64,000 nucleotides of DNA from Haliotis rufescens (lineage: Eukaryota). The notes under the pieces are model-generated. The model saw only the letters and a program-made list of their open reading frames with translations, ran no database searches and was not told where the DNA came from. How positions within the stretch are numbered: the first letter of the stretch is position 1; each line of letters begins with the position of its first letter. Shown here piece after piece: positions 54,037-64,000 of this stretch. Where the stretch lies: contig NW_025963779.1 in the NCBI RefSeq assembly GCF_023055435.1, positions 67,456,001-67,520,000 on the forward strand. Direction: 5' to 3'. The position numbers and the translations under genes are program-made.

Positions 54037-57000
54037 CAGTGCTTTAAGACACACAATTTGTTCTCTGAAAGGAGGGGCGAAACACTTTGTGGACCCAAAA
54101 CACATTATTTCCCAGAACATCATGTAGGCCCAGAGGGCGTTAGATGATTTGGTGACAGAAGGACATGAGCGTGAAGGGAGGCCATGAGCGTGACAGATTT
54201 GAATGAATGGCGTTTGAAGCCGAAGAAAACAAAATTCCAATCATTGCTTCTAGACATGTATGGTGGGTTGTTTGCTCTTACTGGAGTTACCAAAGAAATT
54301 AGTTTCATCATTTTCGGAACAGATTATATCTTAAAGTTAAGAAGGACATCCTGTCAGTTTACATCTCTATGGATCTATAATGCAACGCGTAGTGTGTGTC
54401 AGATATTCCTATTACAACGCAAATAATAATCATTGTTACTAGATGTCATATGATAATACGTGAACGAGAAACGCAAATGAATTACATAGAATGTCTGGAA
54501 GAAAACATTTCAATATTTACTTCAGACGTCATGAAGGATTGTGATTTTGCTTTGTAAAAGACAAGGCACCTATCGGAGAATCCTCCGAAAAATTATGAAG
54601 AAGAAATGTTTTCATCCTCTTCAAACAGTGCAGCAAGGTTATCTGAAAAGACGTTCGCTTCTAATTTTGAATCTTTGAAAAGCCTTCAAAAGAGCACGGC
54701 ATGACACCTGTCTTTCACTTCTTATATTCACTCCTAACCATGTCATATCAAAGTCCTGACATATAAAGTGACATTTCCAGAGATGCAGAATTTGTTTATC
54801 ATCTACCTGCAAGCAGAATTAATTTACTACTCAAAAGCAAAGGTGGCTTACGTGCCCGACATAGAAGCGACTGATGAAACGCTATTGGAATTATATTTTT
54901 GCAATATCAGTATTCCTCATCTTATAGACGTCGATATTCAGTGTCAGAACCAATTTGAAATATTCCGGCACGTTGCAGGTGGTACGACGACCACGCATAT
55001 TGTGTACATGTACATGTTGTGACGTGTGGAGTAGACATGTCTTTAACAGTTATAAAACACTAAAAAAATGCAAAAAGGGTATTATTTAATATAATCAGTT
55101 GTCATGAGACACTATGAGTGTTAAACTGTTTGTTAGCAGCTTGTAAGTAATGTGTAGATTCTTCCGGTTTCAACCGAAATGGTTTACAGTGGGAGACTGA
55201 GTTTTGTTTACGCCGCGATTAGCAAAATTCCAGCAATTTCACTGCAGGGGACATTACAAAAATATTTCACACATTGTACCGAATACTTTATATGTCAATA
55301 TGTTTAATGATTAGCTAATAATAATACATTTCCTTAAAATAATATTGTGAAGAGATATGCAGCTTAAGAATGCAATGCTATATATTTGATTGGAGATAAC
55401 TGATGACCACCCATTGAGAAAGTTTCATCTGCATGATGTTAAATCTCTTTATTGACAGGATAGTCTCATGGAACCATGCAGATGTGAGTTTGAGATCAAT
55501 TCAATTATTATGTTTTTTTCTGTCATACGTCATTTATATGTCTATCTATCGCTTCCTGTTTGAATGTGGAAACTGTGATGGGAGTAGGCACTTATATCTC
55601 GTCTATTAAAATGGAATTTGAAGATGTACACAATTATCATTCAAATACATTTTTTCGATTCGGTCTTAAGATTTAAAACAAGCTTGGGGTACGAACAGTG
55701 CCCCTCTCCTAGCTGATCTGCGAATACGAGGCTTTTAACCACTTCGATTATTTCAAAGAAAGGACACGTTGCCTACAGGGTAAACGTCAGTCTCTGATAT
55801 GATGAGCACATTTCTTTCGACAATGCCAAGATGAATGAATACCTTCACCTGATCTACACATTTAGTTGGAAATCAAACAAACAACTGAGACATTCTATTC
55901 GGCGCCGCATCTGAATCTATGCCGAGACATTCATTATGACGGCAGCCTCGATCTGTTCCAAGCTGATTTCAAGTTTCCTATCGTGATTTTCCCCTTCATG
56001 CCATGCAGTATACTATCAGCTCCAGCTTATCACATCAACCTTTCTTAGATGCTTAGGTACTTTAATGTCATTCTATGTTTACGAAAAGACACACATTGCT
56101 TACAAAGTTTTTCAATCAAATTATTCCAGACATTTTATGGTCGACCTTCTAACACTGGCACTTACTTTTTTAAAATGAAAATTGTTTGAGCTTGCTACCG
56201 GTTAATCAGCACGGTAGTCTTTGCCTTTTCAGTGTTTCTTTTGTATAATGTTCATCTCTGTTATGCATTTTACGGCCTATTGAAACTGTTTGGGTAAATA
56301 TTCGAGACTGATAACTCTCTGAAACGTCAATGCTTATGTCCCAATACACGATAAATACTCTATTTTTTAGAAATAAGATTGTACAGCTTGTACATAGTTA
56401 ATATTATTGAAATAGTATTTTCGTTAGTGTATCAGTCAGCATGTAATACAGCTATGTGCTTCTATCCCATGTATATACAGCATGCTGGTACATCACAGAT
56501 ATATGCCAATGTGACATACTTAAGTTCGGAGGAGGACCGCCTTCATGGTCTAGAGGATTGTCTGCCCGGAAAACGGAAAGTCAGTTGTTCGATCCCTTGT
56601 CGCCCCTCCCCATGACGCTCATCAATGTCTCTCATCCATGACGCCCCTTCCTATGACGCCCATTTAGGTTCCTAATACAAGACACCCATCTATGACTCTC
56701 ATCCATGGCACCCATCTATTTCTCTCATCCATGACACTCATCAATGTCTCTCATCCATGACGCCCCTTTCTATGACGCCCCTTTCTATGACGCCCATTGG
56801 TGTTTCTAATACAAGACGCCCATCTATGACACTCATCCATGACATCCATCTATTTCTCTCATCCATGACACTCATCAATGTCCCTCATCCATGACGCTCC
56901 TTTCCATGACGCCCATTGGTGTTTCTAATACAAGACGCCCATCTATGACTCTCATCAATGGCACCCATCTATTTCTCTCATCCATGATGCACATCTACAT

Positions 57001-59304
57001 GTATGTCTCTCATCCATTATGCACATCCGTTTCTCCCATCCATGACGCCTATTTGTGACTCTCACTTAGTCCACGAACTCCGAAGCATGTCCCTTGAGCT
57101 GCATATATCACTACATATATACCCAATACCCAATACCTGTAAGCGCAATCAATATGTTAACCTGCCAAAATGACGGACCCATTCGAGTACTCATTAATCG
57201 TGAATGTAGTTGAGACTCAAGCCTTCACTATTCCATAAAAAAGCAAGTACCGAGAATCATAAAGGTCCATCAATTTGAGCAATAATTAATTAGACCTGTT
57301 CTGAACAATGCATCAAGGATCAGTATAGCATGTACAATAGTGAATATGGGACAGACGATCAAACAGTCTGTATTTCAAACACATACGTCATAACCCATTA
57401 CCCTACATGGTGATAATTACAAGAGAGACTTACAGACAACCTTACATCGGCGGAATAAGATTTAGGATTCCACCTTGAGCCCGACTCGACATCAGTAACG
57501 CAATCTCACGATATCGTCATTGCACCGAGTCTTTAATGCTGATGTTTCCAAGGCACTGAAGATGATCAGAGACTTCATTGTATGTATTTATTGACGTACT
57601 TCTGTCTGTGACAGGCGTCGATGTATCATGACATAGATAAATGCGAAATGTCACTGGATGTTTCAGATATCATATGAGTAATGTAATCGGAAACATATAA
57701 TAATATTACATGATAAAACAATTTGAAGAGTACATAAATATCGTGTATCAATGAATAAATGAAATGGACCGACAAACATGTACGTAACTTATAGCTTCGA
57801 AAATCCGATAAGGAATGTACCAGGCAGCGTTGACCAAAACGTTAAATGGATACTCCAGAAGGCACTGTTGAATATATTAAAGAGACTTTCCAATATACCT
57901 GAAAGAGGAATGTTGAATTGTGCTCGGACACGTAAAGTTGCCCACTTTAGAACGCGTTTAATGGAGGTCATGGAATTCAAGCGTCTCCATAGCGAGCAAG
58001 ATAATGGACACATACTTTCATATTTGTTCATATCCTGGAAAAGTTTAATACAGTTCGGGTATGGAGAAGGATAGGATGTAACCCTGCAATGATTCAACAG
58101 CGGCCTTTTCAAAACAGCATTTCTTCGATAGAGGCTAATCCATTTACTGCAGTTCCTGAAACTTTTGATATACCATACAATTACAGGTACGAGTTCAATT
58201 GTTGGTCTTTAATGGAGGAATATACGAACGTTCGCCTTCATGACATTTATTTATTTTATGTACAGTTTGCTACAAGCGGTGACTTGTTGGAATGTTAAGA
58301 TCATATTCTGTTTCAGATTTACTTGAAACTTATGATTGTAATTTAATGCAGAAAGTTTGTTTTTGTTTTTAGAAGCCTTCACAGGAGGTCGGATGCACTC
58401 AGAACAAAATGTCGATATGTTCCTGGCATGATGTAATCCTCTCACTCACGTCACTAGTTGGCGTATCAAATAAAATGCCATGTTCTACAATTGGGCCTGG
58501 CAGGTTCCAATCAATAACATAAAATGAAATTGATTTATATGCCTGTGTAAATCACGAATCTGGGGAAGGATAATTTGAAAACTGTCCGGAAATTCATGCT
58601 GATGATTATGATATTTTGCAAAATTTGTATGGATGGTGATTTGTGGGAGCGTCTGTATATCTACAGCTCTTAAGAGCTGATAAGTTGAACACATAACGTC
58701 ATCGGAAACTTCAGAAACAGATCTCTCGTTTTTAATGGACATTAAAATCTGTAAAGATCTTAGAGGTCGGATACACTTAGAACAAAATGTCGATATGTTC
58801 CTAGCATGATGTAATCCTCTAACTCACGTCACTAAATGCCATGTTCTGCTATGGGGCCTGGCAGGTTCCAATCAATAGCATAAAATCAAATTGATTTATA
58901 TGCCTGTGTAAATCACAAATCTGGGGAAGGATAATTTTAAAAACTGTCCGGAAATTCATGCTGATGATGATGGTATTTTGCTGATATTGTATGGATGGTG
59001 ACTTTGATATGCGTTGATTCGAGTGCATGTGCGTGTTCGTGAGTGAGTGTTTGTATGTGCGTTTACCTTTGTGTGTTTGAATTTGTGGAAGTGTCTGTTT
59101 ATCTTTTTCCATTTGTATTGATACTAGGCTACTCATTGATCACGGGTTCGATCTCCAATAGTTCCCCAGTACCCCATGTTATTGGAGCCGATTATGATGA
59201 TAGAGAGCAGTTACAGTGTGTGACCTGGATGACACGTCATCGTGACGCGGATGGTTCCCATGCCTGATCCAGATTCGATTAAAGAGAGGCTGTCGTGATA
59301 TAGA

Positions 59305-59580
59305 ATGAAAACTGCTGATTTGGCTGTAAAACTGCTGATATGGGAGGAAAACTGCTCATGTTGCTGGAAAACAGCTGATGTGTCTGGTAAACTGCTGATA
59401 TGGGAGGAAAACTGCTCATGTTGCTGGAAAACTGCTGATTTGGCTGTATAACTGCTGATATGGGAGGAAAACTGCTCATGTTGCTCGAAAACAGCTGACG
59501 TGTCTGGCAAACTGCTAATGTGGGAGGAAAATTGCTGATGTTGCTGGCAAATAGCTGATGTGGCAGGAAAACTGCCGACT
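59305..59580. repeat. 20-bp-based minisatellite with 60-bp higher order (aaaactgctgatatgggagg); homologs at ~35755-35880 and ~50810-51100
   Basis: Direct reading; tgggaggaaa at 59341, 59401, 59461 and 59521. Confidence 0.85.
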
Positions 59581-60616
59581 GCAGCATTCCAGAACCTTCT
59601 CTCAATTACTCAATATCAGAAATTTCTCTTAATATTTGTTTAGTTGTGAATGTATTCTCATCTCTATGTGCATGCGCGTGTGTATATGTGTATTTACGAA
59701 TACTTTGATACATGACAAATTTTCTGCTAACTGTTCACAGTTTGTGTTCGTCAAAAGCAACCTAAACAGGGTAAACATTTCGTTGAAAACAACATATTAC
59801 TCTTCCCATTTATAATAGAATTATATTGCTTAGAGTAAATTCCCCCATCTGCAATAATATAAAAACGTCCTTGAACTTGTTATAGAACGTGACCTAAAAG
59901 GTTCAGCGACCCTGTTTTCTCGAAAGAAAGAGACCTCTTTGTCTCTAGATCTGAAGAGCTCTGAACACGCCTTGAAGTTCTCGTAATGCTGCGTCAAGCT
60001 CAGTATTAAAGGTGTCTTTTCTGTCGTCTGCTGTAATGGAGGAAAATAATCTTCTAAGCAGACTATCATCTTCTTTGGCAAACGGGAACGTAAAAAATAC
60101 AGCCACATTACAATAATCCTTTATAATGTTCTCTATAGCCGTATATCTTATCCATTTGTTTCCGCTGTTGTGGATGGTGCAATAGACAATGCGCATAAGG
60201 GCAAAATAGATGTCACGTTATCAGGTCGATCAGTAATATAAACAAGAGTTATCGTCCAAATCTTGAATACGATTACTGACGTGCACAACAGAAGCGTGTT
60301 TTGCCAGTGTCAGGTCATGGACAGAGCAATGGCTAGCCATAACTACAGCATCTGTAGACAAGTTGTGGACGGTGGGCCCGGTCGAGGTCGAAATGACCTT
60401 GCATATTTAACGTCATGCATGGATATATAGGAAGGTTCATTGAATAAATGAAATAAAACAAAATTTAAATATATATTTTTGGCTTTAGACGTCTGGGGAA
60501 TATGATGCTTTTGCATAAGAGAAATCAATTCATGTGGTGTATATTTTAGCTTTTTCACATTTTTCAAATCAGGTTCCATTACAGCCTAGTAAAAGCAAGC
60601 CTGGTGTCAGTCTGCT

Positions 60617-61053
60617 TTATCATCCAAAACTGGCTCCCACGGGAGATCTAGATATCGGTTGGGTGAGATCAAGCGATATGTACACTGTAGTGATATTTAC
60701 ACTGTAGATATCTCTGCAATGAAATTGCATCACAATGTCTTGCAGACCATTGTGACGTCATTAGTTACCATGACGTCACAATCAAGTGACATCACTAATG
60801 GCTCTGCTACCGAAGCTGTAAGCAGTACTTTTTACACTTAGACACTGCTTGTTACTGTCTACACACTGAAAAAGTTGGAAGAATGATGTTGGATGATAAA
60901 TAAAATCTCACCCTCGTGTCTTTTGATATCAAATATATCAACACTCGTTGATAAAAGTGGAAAAACTCCTCAGCAAGCCTCGGAGTCCTTCCACTTTTAT
61001 CAACTTGTGATGATAAATTTGATATCAAAAGGCACTCGGGTGAGATTCTCTAT
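60617..61053 (+). mobile_element. Crypton-like non-autonomous element with terminal hairpin
   Basis: Inverted pair ttatcatccaa (60617) / ttggatgataa (60889), hairpin 60900-61053 ending ctctat; absent from paralogous units at ~36780 and ~52180. Confidence 0.65.
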
Positions 61054-62932
61054 GTATTAGTAACTTAGAGAGCCGATGACTTTTAAGAGGTCAAGAAGAC
61101 TTAAAGGTACAACGTCAGTATTGTTTTTATCACATGTGTGTTTCGTCGCATATTGTGATAAAACAGTTCGTATGCACGAATGTCACGAACTCGGCACTAC
61201 AAGGTTTCCTGTTCAAGGATGTGCTTCGTCCTTAGTTGTCAATGATTCACAGACTGATAACGTAGATATTCTGAATGAATGGTCTGTGAAACCGCAGACA
61301 GCAATACTTTCAGCCTGGAATTTGTCACACCGGCCTGTGTACAGCCGTGCATGGGTAAGGTAAACCTGTGGTTGATAGTATGATGGCCACGAACACGTTG
61401 ATACACAGCGAGGACAGGCATTGTGGCCACCCGATCCCCATGAAGCCGCTTCGTTCACCATTCACGTGATGCTTGGGATGATCGATTCTGCTCCAGAATC
61501 CAACCGGTCGAGGATTAAAGAGGGACATACCCAAATATGATGTATGTGTGACCCAAATTATGTCCGATACAATTCCCTATTTTGACTTATACCACAACAA
61601 TCATGTTCCCGTGTTTGGTCAGGGGAATACTCGACTTGACATTTACAAGTGTTTGTTGTTTAAACCATTCCACATCGATGTATATTTACTATTGTCCGTC
61701 AGTTTACTTTTCAGCAGGCTGAAGGAAGAGTATTTTGGGTATTATTAATTTTACAAACTTTAGGGATCAACTGTATATTATTTTTAGGGGTGGGACCTGG
61801 GAATTTTGTCTGAAACCGATTCTTTTCTTAGTCAGTGCTTCAAGACATACAATTTGTTCTCTGAAAGGAGGGTCCAAAATTTTGGGGAACCCACAACACA
61901 TTAATTTTTCAGAACATCAAGTAGGACCAGAGGGCGCTTGTGAAGTTGGTGACGGAGAATGGGAGATAACAAAACGGAGGCCTTGAGCATGAAATAATTT
62001 AATTGAATGAATAACGTTTGAAGCCGTGGGCAGCAATATTTCAGTCAGTGTTTTTTAAGACAAACAATTTTTATCAGCCAAATGTGTATTTTTTCAGCAA
62101 TTTCGACACAGAATGTCATTGCCACTAGATGTCATATGATAATACGCGTACAAGAACGCAAATGAATGACATAGAATCTCTTAAAGCGAACATCTGAATT
62201 TGTAAAGATGAAGGATTGTGATTCTGATTTGAAGAAGACTAAGCATCTATCTGAGACTCCTCCGAAGAATTATTAAGATGAAAGGTGTTAATCCCGTTCT
62301 AACAGCGCAATAAGGTTATCTGAAAAAACGTGAATTTTGAATAACACGAAAGCCTTGAAAAGAACACTGTATGACACTTGTCTTTCACTTTCCATATTCA
62401 CTCCTAAACGCGTCATATCAAAGACCTGACATATAAAGTGACATTTCCAGAGAAGCAGAATTTGTTTTTCTTCTACCTGCAAGCAGAGTTAATTGACTCC
62501 TCTAAAAGCAAGATGGCTTACGTGCCCCACATACCAATGGCTGATGGCACGATATTGGAATTATATTTTTTACATATAATTACGGTATGTTTGAGGATTT
62601 TCTATTCTACTGTCACCGGGGATATATATTGGATGTTCTTTGCATTTTAAACCACGCCATCATATCCCTTGGTCCGTAGCTCATGTTATAGACGTCGATA
62701 GTCAGCGTCTGACCCAATCTATTAATATTACAGCTCGTTGCAAGTGTTATGACGACCAGGTAATGACTTTTAGAGTAGGTGTGTTTTTAACATTTATTAA
62801 TTCTAAAAAATGTAAAAAAAAGGTATCATTCAGTATCAGATGTCCTGTGACACTGTGAGTGTTAGCCCGTTAGATAGCAGCTAGTAAGTAATGTGTATTT
62901 GACTATTTTTTACAGTATCAAGCGAAATTACA

Positions 62933-62955
62933 GGGGGGGGGGGGGGGGGGGGGGG
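62933..62955. repeat. Poly-G run
   Basis: Direct reading. Confidence 0.85.
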
Positions 62956-64000
62956 ATGAGACATATGGCAGTAGGACGATTGTTCAGGCAATTGTGGAGG
63001 CTCAAGCTTTAAGACAGCAATGCTTTACTGTTGATAGGAGATAATTGATGACCATAAACAGATTTATGGAGAACAATTTATCTGCCCGGTGTTAAATCAC
63101 TTTAGTGACAGGGTAACAGTGACGTATAGGCCTGATGGAACCATGTAGATATGAGTTAGGGGGTAAATTCAATTATCGCGTTTTTCAATCATACATTTTT
63201 TATATGTCTACCGCTTGCTGTTTGAGTGTGTTATCTATGCGCTGAGTAGGCAAAAGACTGTGTGCTCTTCTATCAAAACGGAATCTGAAGAAGTGCACGA
63301 TTCTTCACCTTTTTATTCATTTCGGTCTTAAGATTTACAACAATTTTAGTACTAAATAAGTCGTCTAACTATGCTCCTCTTTGCATAGGAAAAGGACTTT
63401 TGGACAACTTTAGTTGTTTCAAAGAAAGGACGACATTTCTCTGATATGTTGGCCCCATTTCTTTTAACAATGGCAAGATGAAAGAGACACCGTATTCAGT
63501 ATCATATCTGGATCTGTGCATGGAAATTCAAAATGATGACAACCTCTGAGCCAAGTTGATTTCGATTTTCCCATTCTTAATTTCCCCATCATGTCAAACA
63601 ATATGTTTAGCTCCATCTTATGGTGTGTGCATTTCTCAATTGCTTAGGTATTTTAGAGCATTACATTTTCTTCAAATTTTACAGAAAGATAAAGTTAGCT
63701 TACAACAAAGTTTTTGAATCAAGTCATTCCAGACATATTATGGTAGACATTCTTTCTTACTGACACGCATTTGTTTATTGGAAATGTTTAAACGTTCTAC
63801 AGGTAAATCAGCACAGAATTCAGAGCATTTTTGGTGATCCTTTCGCATAATGTTCATCTCTATTTTGCCTTTTACGCCCTGTGGAAGTTGTTGCGAGACT
63901 GTTTATTCAGTTATGCCTCAATAACAATAAAAAAAACTATAAAATAAATATAGAAATAATATTGTAATACAAATACATAATTTACAGCATTGAAGTATTA

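Larger units (their letters stand above)
45390..55050 (-). pseudogene. Helentron-like coding relic, copy 2 (most of the protease segment replaced by a 4.1-kb TE cluster at 45800-49920)
   Basis: RFISRFYVGHVSHL (~FISGGAGVGKSHL) ~54880-54840; FFGGFSD ~54580; GEHEDDT ~52730; YAIDWNLPGPIAEHGILF ~50375-50325. Confidence 0.5.
57930..62790 (-). pseudogene. Helentron-like coding relic, copy 3
   Basis: ISHWYVGHVSHL..KQILLL..FFGGVSD..SFIFTN..FYVIHLRSCTR 62550-62145; endonuclease-like segments 60200-59830 and 58960-58200 with an internal duplication (58385-58620 / 58765-59000). Confidence 0.5.
31840..64000. repeat. Head-to-tail array of an ~8-kb diverged unit (three near-complete copies plus part of a fourth)
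   Basis: Collinear anchors: cactgaagatgat at ~33064/44944/57554; cttctaagcagactatcatcttc at ~36153/51579/60051; ctacctgcaagcaga at ~42102/54803/62473; aatgttcatctct at ~43611/56247/63849. Confidence 0.9.

Noticed and set aside
59211-59605. Repeat-rich ORFs
   Set aside because: Open frames created by a stop-free minisatellite
62476-62522. 45-nt GT-AG intron removing a shared stop
   Set aside because: Very short, and the flanking frames contain other stops, so there is no evidence of a live gene

Overview
AT-rich eukaryotic DNA (invertebrate, probably a mollusc; the SINE families look like ones I associate with abalone/gastropods, unverified) with two N gaps. I found no intact protein-coding gene, rRNA, true tRNA or CRISPR array. 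The first ~31 kb is a patchwork of decayed and nested transposons: Penelope-like RT relics, an R4/Dong-type LINE, a DIRS/Ngaro-like RT, four SINE families, MITEs and minisatellites. It also holds a 41-bp satellite whose flanking units resemble a minimal hammerhead ribozyme, directly upstream of a Penelope relic. From ~31.8 kb to the window end lies a diverged head-to-tail array of an ~8-kb unit (three near-complete copies plus part of a fourth). Comparing copies by eye gives a heavily frameshifted minus-strand coding relic. It reads as Helentron-type Pif1 helicase, then AP (EEP) endonuclease, then a possible clan-CE (adenain/Ulp1-like) cysteine protease, then an unknown domain; this is the main candidate novelty. 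Three unrelated elements share a 'short subterminal inverted repeat + long terminal hairpin' design, and one retains a tyrosine-recombinase GH..Y motif, pointing to Cryptons. All protein assignments come from manual motif recognition in degraded frames and need HMM confirmation; boundaries of degraded relics are approximate.
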